Assembly (NCBI GenBank): GCA_036380915.1
Contig: DASVDU010000153.1
Location: 15,590-47,589, forward strand
From: Hyphomicrobiaceae bacterium
GTDB taxonomy: Bacteria; Pseudomonadota; Alphaproteobacteria; Rhizobiales; Hyphomicrobiaceae
DNA length: 32,000 bases
Reading direction: 5' to 3'
Shown here: positions 1 to 8,267 of the stretch, in pieces
Numbering within the stretch: the stretch's first letter is position 1
How the letters are laid out: each line of letters starts with the position of its first letter
Translations under genes and position numbers: made by a program
Notes under the pieces: generated by a model
Told to the model about the DNA's origin: nothing
Seen by the model: the letters and a program-made list of their open reading frames with translations, nothing else
Databases searched by the model: none

Positions 1-19
1 TAGACAGACGCACCGTATC

Positions 20-41
20 TTCATATATTCGCAAATATGAA
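20..41. promoter_or_regulatory. Candidate ArsR-family operator: 7-bp perfect inverted repeat TTCATAT-N8-ATATGAA overlapping the regulator's start codon
   Basis: Read directly: TTCATAT at 20-26 and ATATGAA at 35-41 are reverse complements. The ATG at 37-39 lies inside the right arm. The site is an AT-rich island in a GC-rich sequence. ArsR/SmtB repressors typically autoregulate through imperfect palindromes at their own promoter. Confidence 0.35.
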
Positions 42-378
42 ACTTAAGACGAAGATCGACCCCAATGCCATGCGTTCAGCGGCGGACGAAGCCAGCGCAT
101 TGCTGAAAGCGATGTCCAACCGCCATCGCATGCTCATCCTCTGCCAGCTCATCGATGGCGAAAAATCCGTCGGTCAGCTCGCCGAGTTCCTCGGGATTCG
201 CGATGCGACGGCGTCCCAGCACCTCGCCCTGCTGCGGCGCGACCGCATCATTTCTGCGCGGCGGGATGGTCAGACGATCTGGTACCGGATCTCGAGCCAG
301 CCTGCGCTCGAGGTCATGCGGGTGCTCTACGACATCTATTGCGCGCAATCAAAGGCACAACCAACAGCGCGGCAATGA
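37..378 (+). CDS. ArsR/SmtB-family winged-helix transcriptional regulator
   Basis: 113-aa ORF. The block NRHRMLILCQL...KSVGQLAEFLGIRDATASQHLALLRRDRIISARRDGQTIWYRI is the canonical ArsR HTH and wing pattern. Confidence 0.9.
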   Translation: MKLKTKIDPNAMRSAADEASALLKAMSNRHRMLILCQLIDGEKSVGQLAEFLGIRDATASQHLALLRRDRIISARRDGQTIWYRISSQPALEVMRVLYDIYCAQSKAQPTARQ

Positions 379-562
379 TAGGCAGCAGTCGAACTGAAGG
401 ATTGAGCTTGGCTTGGAGGGATGTTCGCATCCTCCCGCTCGCACGAGTGCTCACTGATGCTCCATGCCCTAGCACCCCGTTTCGATGGTTTGCGCCGCGA
501 CCGCGAAATTGAGCCCCTGGTCACCGGCGTGCAATTCGGGAATCGTTGAAGGAGACAAATCG

Positions 563-766
563 ATGACAATCGATCGCGCCGTCATGATATTCGCCGGCTT
601 CATGATCCTCCTTTCTCTGACGCTCGGCTATTACGTCTCGCCGTACTGGTATCTTCTGACGGCCTTCGTTGGGCTGAATCTCATCCAGGCATCGCTGACC
701 GGCTTCTGTCCCGCCGCAATGGTCTTCAAGAAACTCGGCTGCAAAAGCGGAAACATTTTCCGTTAA
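563..766 (+). CDS. DUF2892 (YgaP-like) small two-helix membrane protein
   Basis: In frame with track ORF 485..766. The ATG at 563 is preceded by GAAGGAGA 5 nt upstream. There are two hydrophobic helices and a C-terminal TGFCPAAMVFKKLG motif typical of DUF2892. This family is commonly paired with ArsR-family regulators. Confidence 0.8.
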   Translation: MTIDRAVMIFAGFMILLSLTLGYYVSPYWYLLTAFVGLNLIQASLTGFCPAAMVFKKLGCKSGNIFR

Positions 767-823
767 TATGGCCCGCCCGACGCGAATGCAGGCGGCGTCT
801 CCAGCGCCGTTTGCCAGGGGGAG

Positions 824-1840
824 ATGATCATGTTCTCGCGCGCCATTTTCCTCGTCCTGTCCACATTCCTAGGGATCGCTCCTGCGGCGGCCGATTTCGT
901 CGTCAAGTCCATTTCGATCCCGGACATGAAGGCGGTGTTCGGACAGGTCGAAAGCCGCAGAATCGTACCGGCGCGGGCGCGCATCGGCGGCTCGATCCGT
1001 GCGATCAAGGTCAGTGAGGGCAACGAGGTCAAGGAAGGCGAGACCATTGCCATCGTCGTCGACGACAAGCTCGCACTCGAAATGAGCGCCGCGAATGCCA
1101 AGATCGAGGCGCTCAATTCACAGTTGGAGAATGCGCGCATCGAGCTCGACCGCGCACAGCAGCTTCTGGCGCGCGGGACCGCGACGCAGGCGCGGGTGGA
1201 TCAGGCGAAAATGCAGTTCGATGTCGTTGCCAATCAGCTGGCGGCCGCCCAAGCTGAGAAATCGGTCATCGAGCAGCGCGCCCGCGAGGGCGAGGTGCTG
1301 GCGCCCGCGGATGGCCGGGTGCTGACGGTGCCTGTCACGCTCGGGTCGGTGGTGCTTCCGGGTGAAGAAGTCGCGCGTATCGCCAGCGGCCGATATTATC
1401 TGCGCCTTTTTCTTCCCGAACGGCACGCTGCGGGAATCAGGCAAAACGCGACCGTCCTGATCGGCCAGCGCGGCTTGTCGCCCGCAACAAGCGGCAGCGC
1501 CTCGGAGGCGCGCCCCGGCCGCATCGTCAAGGTCTATCCAGAAATTTCGGCCGGCCGGGTCGTGGCCGACGTCGAGGTGGACGGGATCGGCGACTATTTC
1601 GTCAACGAACGCGCCCTGGTCTGGATTCCGGTCGCGGAGCGCTCAGCGTTCGCGGTCCCTCCAGAGGCGGTCAGCACGCGTCACGGGATCGATTATGTCC
1701 GGATCGCCACCGAAACAGGATCGCGCGAGGTCGCAGTGATTTTGGGCGAGACCATTTTCACTGCCGACGGCCCACGCGTCGAGGTGCTGACGGGTCTGCA
1801 TGACGGGGATCGCATCATCATGGCGGATCGCAAGCCATGA
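824..1840 (+). CDS. RND efflux periplasmic adaptor (HlyD/membrane-fusion protein family)
   Basis: 338 aa with an N-terminal signal/anchor, a lipoyl-like beta segment (IKVSEGNEVKEGETIAIV), a long coiled-coil hairpin (LEMSAANAKIEALNSQLENARIELDRAQQLL...) and a second beta segment (LAPADGRVLTV). The stop overlaps the pump start (ATGA at 1837-1840). The start may instead be the ATG at 830, which has better spacing from GGGGGAG. Confidence 0.9.
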   Translation: MIMFSRAIFLVLSTFLGIAPAAADFVVKSISIPDMKAVFGQVESRRIVPARARIGGSIRAIKVSEGNEVKEGETIAIVVDDKLALEMSAANAKIEALNSQLENARIELDRAQQLLARGTATQARVDQAKMQFDVVANQLAAAQAEKSVIEQRAREGEVLAPADGRVLTVPVTLGSVVLPGEEVARIASGRYYLRLFLPERHAAGIRQNATVLIGQRGLSPATSGSASEARPGRIVKVYPEISAGRVVADVEVDGIGDYFVNERALVWIPVAERSAFAVPPEAVSTRHGIDYVRIATETGSREVAVILGETIFTADGPRVEVLTGLHDGDRIIMADRKP

Positions 1841-4800
1841 AGCTCGGACTTGCCGGGCTCCTCACGCGCGGCTCCATCGCCTCGCCGCTGACACCGCTTT
1901 TCCTGCTGGCAGCTTTCGCCCTGGGCCTCGTTGCCCTCGTCACCCTGCCGCGCGAGGAGGAGCCGCAGATCTCCGTGCCGATGGTGGATATCCACGTCGC
2001 CGCCGACGGGCTCAAGGCCGAGGATGCCGTCAAGCTCGTCACCGAGCCGCTGGAGACCATCATCAAGAGCATCGACGGCGTCGAGCACGTCTATTCGCAA
2101 ACCGAGGACGACGGCGCGGTGGTGACCGCGCGCTTCCTGGTCGGCACCGATGCCGACGCCGCGATCCTGCGCGTGCACGAGAAAATCCGCGCCAACATGG
2201 ACCGTATCCCGTTCGGCATACCGGAGCCGCTCATCGTCGGCCGTGGTATCGACGACGTCGCCATCGTCGTCGTCACGCTGACACCAACTCCGGCTGCGGC
2301 AGACCGCTGGACCGCCAATGATCTCACCCGCCTCGCCCGCGAGCTTCAGGTCGAGGTGCTGAAGCTGCCCGATATCGGCCTCACCTATATCGTCGGCGAG
2401 CAGCCGGAGGAGATCCGTATCCAGCCGGACCCAGAGCGGCTGTCACTCTACGGCATTACGCTTCAGCAGCTCGCCTCCAAAATCGCAGGCGCCAATCGCT
2501 CCTTCCAGTCCGGGCGGGTCCGCGAAGCCGGCGAGCAGCGCGCGCTAGTTGCTGGGCAGACGCTGCAGACACCCTCCGAGGTCGGCAATTTGCTGCTGAC
2601 AGCCCGCGATAGCCGGCCCGTCTACGTGCGCGATGTCGCCACCGTGATATTGGCGAGCGAACCGAACGAGACCCGGGTCACGAGCGTGCGCAAGGCCCCC
2701 GGCGGCCTCGAGCGGACGCCTGCGGTATCGCTCGCCATCGCCAAGCGGCCCGGCACCAATGCGGTCGTCATCGCGGACGCCATCGTGGAGCGCCTCGAGC
2801 AGGCGCGCGGCCAAATCTTTCCGGCGGACGTCGAAATGACCGTCACCCGCAACTACGGCGAGACGGCGAACGAGAAGGCGAACGAGCTTCTTTTCCATCT
2901 CGGCCTCGCGACGGTGTCGATCGTGATCCTGGTCGGCTTCGCCATCGGCTGGCGCGAGGCGCTGGTGGTCGCGGTGGTGATACCAACAACAATTCTGCTC
3001 ACCTTGTTCGCCGCGCGCATCATGGGCTACACGCTCAACCGGGTGAGCCTTTTTGCGCTGATCTTCTCGATCGGCATTCTGGTCGACGACGCCATCGTCG
3101 TCATCGAGAACATCGCCCGCCATTGGGCGATGAAGGACGGGCGGCCACGCGTCAAGGCCGCTGTCGAAGCGGTTGCCGAGGTCGGCAATCCGACCATTGT
3201 CGCAACCCTGACAGTCGTCGCAGCCCTTCTGCCGATGCTGTTCGTCTCCGGCATGATGGGGCCCTACATGAGCCCGATCCCGACCAATGCCTCGGCGGCG
3301 ATGCTGTTCTCCTTCTTCGTCGCCGTCATGGTGGCCCCGTGGCTGATGATGAAGTTCGGCGGCCACGCACATGCTCAGTCGCATGACCACCATGCCGCGC
3401 AGGGCGGATGGCTGGGCCGCGCGTATGTCAAAGTTGCCGAGCCCGTCCTGCGCACGAAACGGCGCTCATGGGCCTTTCTGCTTGCAGTCGGCGCCGCCAC
3501 ACTGGCGTCCCTCGGCCTGTTCTACACCCAGCACGTCACGGTGAAGCTTTTGCCGTTTGACAACAAGACCGATCTCCAGGTGGTGCTCGACCTGCCCAAG
3601 GGCGCCTCGATCGAGGATACCGACCGAGCGCTTCAGGCCATGGTCGACGAGCTGGCCGGCGTGCCCGAGGTCGCTTCGTTTCAGACCTATGCCGGCACCG
3701 CCGCACCGTTCAATTTCAACGGACTGGTGCGCCACTATTATCTCCGCTCGCAGCCGCACCAGGGCGACATCGCTGTCAATCTCGTTGCCAAAGGCGAGCG
3801 GACCCGCACGAGCCATGATATCGCGCTCGAGCTGCGCGAGCGGCTGAAAGCGGTCAAGCTGCCGGAAGGCAGCGTGCTGAAGGTCGTCGAGCCGCCACCT
3901 GGCCCGCCGGTGCTGGGCACCCTGCTTGCGGAAATCTACGGCCCGGATCCAGACACGCGGCGCGCGGTCGCGACCAAGGTGCGCGAAGCGTTCGCCAGCG
4001 TACCCTTCATCGTCGACGTCGAGGACAGCTTCCGTAATCGCCCGGAGCGCGTTCGCATCGCCATCGACCAGGACAATCTCGAATATTACCGCGTCGAGCA
4101 GGCTGACGTGTACGATACGATCCGCACGCTGGCCGGCGGGACGACCGTCGGCTATTCGCACCGGGGCGGCGGGCGCTCGCCGATCCCGATCCGTATCGCA
4201 TTGTCGAAGAGCGAGCGCGTCGTGGGTGAGCGCACTCTGGCAACCCCAGTGCCGGCCAACGCATTGCCAGGCGACCGCTCGATCGTCGAGCTTGGCGACG
4301 TCGTCTCAGTGACGCGAGAGAAAGCCTCCTATCCGATTTTCCGGCACAATGGCCGTGCCGCGGAAATGGTGATGGCCGAGCTTGCCGGCGCGTTCGAGGC
4401 GCCGATCTACGGCATGCTTGCGGTGAGCGATGCCATAGCCCAGGCAGACTGGGGTGAGGTGCCGAAGCCCACCATCGCGCTGCATGGCCAGCCCAACGAT
4501 GAATCGCACCCTACCCTGCTCTGGGACGGCGAATGGGAAGTCACCTGGGTCACGTTCCGCGACATGGGTGCCGCGTTCATGGTGGCGATCCTCGGCATCT
4601 ACATTCTCGTCGTCGCGCAGTTCGGCTCGTTCAAGCTGCCGCTCGTGATCCTCACGCCGATCCCGCTGACCTTCATCGGCATCATGCTCGGGCATTGGCT
4701 GTTCGGCGCGCCATTCACCGCGACCTCGATGATCGGATTCATCGCGCTTGCCGGGATCATCGTGCGCAATTCCATTCTGCTGGTGGACTTCATCCGCCAT

Positions 4801-5103
4801 GCGCGCAGCCCAGAGCGACCGCTCATCGACGTGCTCCTGAAGGCCGGCGCGATCCGCTTCAAACCGATCCTGCTCACCGCGCTCGCCGCCATGATCGGCG
4901 CTGCCGTGATCCTTGCCGATCCGATTTTCCAGGGGCTCGCCATCTCGCTGCTTTTCGGGCTCATGTCCTCGACGGCGCTGACCGTGCTCGTCATCCCGGC
5001 AATTTACATCGTCCTGAGGAGCAACGGATCGAAGGGAAATGCTGCGCGTGGCGAAAGGACCGGTTCATCGCAGCAAGGCGAACCGGAAATCATTCCCACT
5101 TAG
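1837..5103 (+). CDS. RND superfamily inner-membrane efflux pump (AcrB/AcrD/AcrF family)
   Basis: 1088 aa. Two repeats of a large periplasmic loop plus TM bundles. Typical blocks are FALIFSIGILVDDAIVVIENI and GFIALAGIIVRNSILLVDF. Translationally coupled to the adaptor. No outer-membrane factor gene follows. Confidence 0.95.
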   Translation: MKLGLAGLLTRGSIASPLTPLFLLAAFALGLVALVTLPREEEPQISVPMVDIHVAADGLKAEDAVKLVTEPLETIIKSIDGVEHVYSQTEDDGAVVTARFLVGTDADAAILRVHEKIRANMDRIPFGIPEPLIVGRGIDDVAIVVVTLTPTPAAADRWTANDLTRLARELQVEVLKLPDIGLTYIVGEQPEEIRIQPDPERLSLYGITLQQLASKIAGANRSFQSGRVREAGEQRALVAGQTLQTPSEVGNLLLTARDSRPVYVRDVATVILASEPNETRVTSVRKAPGGLERTPAVSLAIAKRPGTNAVVIADAIVERLEQARGQIFPADVEMTVTRNYGETANEKANELLFHLGLATVSIVILVGFAIGWREALVVAVVIPTTILLTLFAARIMGYTLNRVSLFALIFSIGILVDDAIVVIENIARHWAMKDGRPRVKAAVEAVAEVGNPTIVATLTVVAALLPMLFVSGMMGPYMSPIPTNASAAMLFSFFVAVMVAPWLMMKFGGHAHAQSHDHHAAQGGWLGRAYVKVAEPVLRTKRRSWAFLLAVGAATLASLGLFYTQHVTVKLLPFDNKTDLQVVLDLPKGASIEDTDRALQAMVDELAGVPEVASFQTYAGTAAPFNFNGLVRHYYLRSQPHQGDIAVNLVAKGERTRTSHDIALELRERLKAVKLPEGSVLKVVEPPPGPPVLGTLLAEIYGPDPDTRRAVATKVREAFASVPFIVDVEDSFRNRPERVRIAIDQDNLEYYRVEQADVYDTIRTLAGGTTVGYSHRGGGRSPIPIRIALSKSERVVGERTLATPVPANALPGDRSIVELGDVVSVTREKASYPIFRHNGRAAEMVMAELAGAFEAPIYGMLAVSDAIAQADWGEVPKPTIALHGQPNDESHPTLLWDGEWEVTWVTFRDMGAAFMVAILGIYILVVAQFGSFKLPLVILTPIPLTFIGIMLGHWLFGAPFTATSMIGFIALAGIIVRNSILLVDFIRHARSPERPLIDVLLKAGAIRFKPILLTALAAMIGAAVILADPIFQGLAISLLFGLMSSTALTVLVIPAIYIVLRSNGSKGNAARGERTGSSQQGEPEIIPT

Positions 5104-5134
5104 ACGGTTTGGAAACGAAGAGGGCTGCGCCAGT

Positions 5135-5146
5135 TCTGAATTCAGA
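5135..5146. promoter_or_regulatory. Perfect 12-bp palindrome TCTGAATTCAGA upstream of the CMD gene (possible operator)
   Basis: Read directly: the sequence is self-complementary and AT-rich. It sits in the 92-bp gap between the pump stop (5103) and the CMD start (5196), about 50 bp upstream of the ATG. Confidence 0.2.
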
Positions 5147-5195
5147 TTTCGGCCGCCATCGAGCGGCTGTGAGACGGACATCCTGGAGACAGCAA

Positions 5196-5552
5196 ATGCA
5201 AACCGATTGGCAGGCATTCACACGTGAGCTCTCTGGCGGGCTGCGCGACTTGCGGGGCGGCGCCCCGGAGGTAATGAAAGGGTTCTCAGAAATCGCCCAA
5301 GCAGCTTTGAAGGCCAATGCCCTCGACACCAAGACCAAGGAGCTCATCGCCCTTGCCATCAGCGTCGCCATCCGGTGCGACGATTGCATCGGCTTCCACG
5401 CCAAGGCCGCGGTCGGCCAGGGCGCAAGCCGCGAAGAGGTCCTGGAGACGCTGGGGATGGCGATCTACATGGGCGCCGGCCCCGCCGTCATGTATGCCAG
5501 CCACGCGCTTCAAGCATTCGATCAGTTTGAGAAAGCTCGACCAGCGAGGTGA
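5196..5552 (+). CDS. Carboxymuconolactone decarboxylase / AhpD-like family protein (CxxC)
   Basis: The internal ATG at 5196 of track ORF 4533..5552 is used, because the upstream 221 codons overlap the pump out of frame. The 118-aa product has the AhpD-core pattern LDTKTKELIALAISVAIRCDDCIGFH with a CDDC redox motif. Confidence 0.85.
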   Translation: MQTDWQAFTRELSGGLRDLRGGAPEVMKGFSEIAQAALKANALDTKTKELIALAISVAIRCDDCIGFHAKAAVGQGASREEVLETLGMAIYMGAGPAVMYASHALQAFDQFEKARPAR

Positions 5553-5671
5553 GAGCCCAAACGAGCTCCAGACCTCCACGGCAGCACCTGGGAGCCGCTT
5601 GCCGCAGTCGTTCCGGGCGATGTCATCCTTGCCTTGTGATCTTTTTCGCTGCCCCGCCTGCCTTCTCGATC

Positions 5672-5911
5672 TCACTCCCTTGGCGCGGCTAGCGGAGGTT
5701 CTATGAAGTGGCGCTCCCAGCGAGCATCCATCGGTATCCACTGATGCTCGGTGTTGCAATAAGGGCAATGCGCCGTCATTGGCGTACGAGGAAGCGATCG
5801 AAAGCTTGTTTCGCTCAGGAATATCCCCGGTCTGTATTCCTTTCCCGTGACGGGGCAGCGCAACACGACCTCCCCGAAATCTGCCTCCATCCCAGAATCG
5901 AACTGGCTCAA
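5672..5911 (-). CDS. Small hypothetical protein with Zn-ribbon-like motifs
   Basis: 79-aa ORF with RCPVTGKEY...HCPYCNTEHQW (a CPxTG knuckle and a CPxC knuckle). It recalls small conserved alphaproteobacterial proteins. The start is ambiguous: TTG at 5911 (GGAG 9 nt upstream) or ATG at 5890. No strong independent support. Confidence 0.45.
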   Translation of the reverse strand: MSQFDSGMEADFGEVVLRCPVTGKEYRPGIFLSETSFRSLPRTPMTAHCPYCNTEHQWIPMDARWERHFIEPPLAAPRE

Positions 5912-6054
5912 CTGCCGCTACTCCCAATCTACATGCCACCGCTTTCGGATCGCTTTGTCCGAAACTTTCGACTTGAGCGATGTCGTCCCAGCTTGGGAGC
6001 AGACTATTCTGGATCTACCCGCGCTCAAGCTCTAGCAGATGCGCGCCCAAATCG

Positions 6055-6074
6055 GTTTGCCTTTTCAGGCAAAC
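6055..6074 (-). terminator. Candidate stem-loop terminator downstream of tctA
   Basis: GTTTGCC (6055-6061), loop TTTTCA, GGCAAAC (6068-6074): a perfect 7-bp stem. On the minus strand it lies about 140 nt after the tctA stop and is followed by CGATTTGGG, which is only a weak U-tract. Confidence 0.3.
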
Positions 6075-6211
6075 GCACCGAACGGCGATATGATCCCGCA
6101 ACCATGGCCGGCTGTACGGCTGGCGCGTGAGCGCTCGCTGTCCGCTCCCCGGCGGCTCCGTGGAATGCGGCGCAGCTCCAAATGCAACCGTCCCGGCACG
6201 AGGCAAGCCGT

Positions 6212-7714
6212 TTACGCGACGCTGCCCTTGCGCAGGGAGCGCAGGAAGGATACCGCGATGGGCGATAGCAAGAGGATGAACGCCAGCGTCATCAACCCTG
6301 CGACGAGCGGGTTCGACCAGAAGATGCTGAGCGACCCCTTCGACATGATCAGCGATTGCCGGAACGTGTCTTCCGCCTTGTCGCCGATCACCATGGCGAG
6401 GATGAGCGGTGCGATCGGATAGTCGAGCTTCTTGAAGGCGTAGCCGAGAACGCCGAACACCAGAACGAGCCAGAGATCGAAGCCCTTGCTGCCGACCGTA
6501 TAGGCACCGACCAGACAGACGACGACGATCGCTGGGCCAAAAATGCTGAAAGGAATGCGCAGGATCGCGGCGAAGAGCGGCACTGTCGACAGGACGAGGA
6601 TGACCGCGACCACATTGCCGAGATACATGCTGGCGATGAGGCCCCAGACGAAATCCGGCCGCTCGATGAACAGCATCGGCCCGGGGTTGAGGCCCCAGAT
6701 CATCAGACCGCCGAGGAGGACAGCGGCCGTCGCCGAGCCTGGCACGCCGAGGGCCAGCATCGGCAGCATGGCGCATGTGCCGGCGGCATGGTCAGCGGTC
6801 TCGGGCGAAATGATGCCTTCCGGTTCGCCTTTGCCGAACTTGTCCCGGTCGCGCGAGAAGCGCTTCGCGAGGCCGTAGCTCATGAAGGACGCTGCCGTCG
6901 GGCCGCCTGGCGTGATGCCCATCCAGCAGCCCACGAGCCCGCTGCGCAAGAGCGCCAGCCAGTGGCGCGGCATGCTGAGCGCGGTGTTGAGGACGTCACG
7001 GGGCGAAATGCGCGCCCTGAGGCCCTGCAGGCGCAAGCCGTCCTCGATGGTGATGACGAGCTCGCCGATCCCGAACAGCCCGATGACGGCGACCAGGAAG
7101 CTGATTCCGGCAACGAGTTGGTCGAACCCGTAGGTGAGACGCAGGTTGCCGGACACGGAATCCATGCCGACGGCGGCCAGCGTGAACCCGGTACCGATCG
7201 CGACGATCGTCTTGAGGGGAGAAGCGCCGCCGAACCCGACGAAGCTCGCGAAGGCGAGAAAATAAACGGCGAAGTATTCAGCAGGGCTGAATTGCATCGC
7301 GAAGCGCGCGACCCACCCGGAAAGCAGCGTGATGACGATGACACCAAGCAGCGCGCCGAAGCCCGCCGACAGGAACGCATAGCTCAGCGCCTGCGTCGCC
7401 CGCCCCTGCTTGGCCATCGGATATCCATCGAATGTCGTGGCGACCGATGATGGCTCTCCAGGGATGTTGAACAGGATCGAGGTGGTGGAGCCGCCGAACA
7501 GAGCCCCCCAGTACATGCTCGTCAGCAGAATGATGGCCGCCACGGGGTCCATCGTGAAGGTGAGCGGCAGCAACAGGGATACGCCGTTGGGTGCGCCGAG
7601 GCCCGGGAGCACGCCCACCAGGATACCGAGAAGCACACCTATTATCATTAGAATGATGTGGTGCGCGGTGATCGCGACGCTGAAACCGTGGAATAGTGCC
7701 TCCAGCCCCTCCAT
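6212..7714 (-). CDS. tctA: Tripartite tricarboxylate transporter (TTT) large permease TctA
   Basis: 500 aa and polytopic. The N-terminus MEGLEALFHGFSVAIT...LMIIGVLLGILVGVLPGLG and overall composition are typical of the TctA family. GAGAGGG RBS before the ATG. Sits 9 nt after the tctB stop. Confidence 0.95.
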   Translation of the reverse strand: MEGLEALFHGFSVAITAHHIILMIIGVLLGILVGVLPGLGAPNGVSLLLPLTFTMDPVAAIILLTSMYWGALFGGSTTSILFNIPGEPSSVATTFDGYPMAKQGRATQALSYAFLSAGFGALLGVIVITLLSGWVARFAMQFSPAEYFAVYFLAFASFVGFGGASPLKTIVAIGTGFTLAAVGMDSVSGNLRLTYGFDQLVAGISFLVAVIGLFGIGELVITIEDGLRLQGLRARISPRDVLNTALSMPRHWLALLRSGLVGCWMGITPGGPTAASFMSYGLAKRFSRDRDKFGKGEPEGIISPETADHAAGTCAMLPMLALGVPGSATAAVLLGGLMIWGLNPGPMLFIERPDFVWGLIASMYLGNVVAVILVLSTVPLFAAILRIPFSIFGPAIVVVCLVGAYTVGSKGFDLWLVLVFGVLGYAFKKLDYPIAPLILAMVIGDKAEDTFRQSLIMSKGSLSIFWSNPLVAGLMTLAFILLLSPIAVSFLRSLRKGSVA

Positions 7715-7723
7715 CGCCCTCTC

Positions 7724-8200
7724 CTAGAGTCCCAGAGCGTCTTCGAGCGGCCCTTTGAGGAGGGGCGTCTGGAAGCCGATTTCGAGAATAAGGTACAGGG
7801 AGACAGCCATGCCAATGGCGACGAGCGCCGAAAAACCGGCGCGATAGCCGCCCTGGAATTTCATGCTGGCGAAAAGATAAAGCGCCATCCCGACATAAAG
7901 CCCCACCCAGAGGGAGACGGCGACAAGGGCGACGATGGGAAGGGAGAAGAAGATAACCGAGCGCAGTTGCGCGGATGTCAGAAAACTCTCGTCGCGGTAC
8001 GCCCGCTGGATCAGCGTCTGAAAAATAATGCCGACACCGGCAACCGTGACGATGAGGCCGACGTAAAAGGGAAATGTGCCTGGCTCTGGGCCGGACGGGC
8101 TCCAGCCCACGCCAAATTCCAAGGCACCGAGGGTGATGATGAGGCCAAACACCGCGACGATGATGGCCATCACCAATTCGGCTCCGAAGCGCGAAATCAT
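7724..8200 (-). CDS. tctB: TTT small membrane subunit TctB
   Basis: Internal ATG at 8200 (MISRFGAELVMAIIVAVFG...) of track ORF 7724..8329. The longer form would overlap tctC. Four predicted TM helices, about 158 aa, positioned between tctC and tctA. Confidence 0.8.
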   Translation of the reverse strand: MISRFGAELVMAIIVAVFGLIITLGALEFGVGWSPSGPEPGTFPFYVGLIVTVAGVGIIFQTLIQRAYRDESFLTSAQLRSVIFFSLPIVALVAVSLWVGLYVGMALYLFASMKFQGGYRAGFSALVAIGMAVSLYLILEIGFQTPLLKGPLEDALGL

Positions 8201-8267
8201 CCGCAACCGCTCCAGGAGAGAAGGCGGGGCCGAAGCCCCGCAGAATTGAACCCGCGAGGAAGGCTGG

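Noticed and set aside
415-436. Stem-loop GGAGGGATG-TTCG-CATCCTCCC about 40 nt after the ArsR-family stop, considered as an intrinsic terminator.
   Set aside because: The stem is imperfect (a G-U pair and a bulge) and there is no downstream U-tract. It could equally be an incidental structure in the 5' region of the DUF2892 gene.
575-600. Sequence TCATGATATTCGCC...TTCATGA inside the DUF2892 gene, resembling the TTCATATATTCGCAA operator candidate at 20-41.
   Set aside because: It lies within coding sequence (VMIFAGFMI) and the similarity is partial. It is most simply explained by codon content.
4533-5195. N-terminal 221 codons of track ORF 4533..5552, which would make a 339-aa protein.
   Set aside because: This part overlaps the 3' end of the RND pump gene in another frame and reads as Arg/His-rich nonsense. 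The CMD/AhpD-like similarity begins only at the ATG at 5196.
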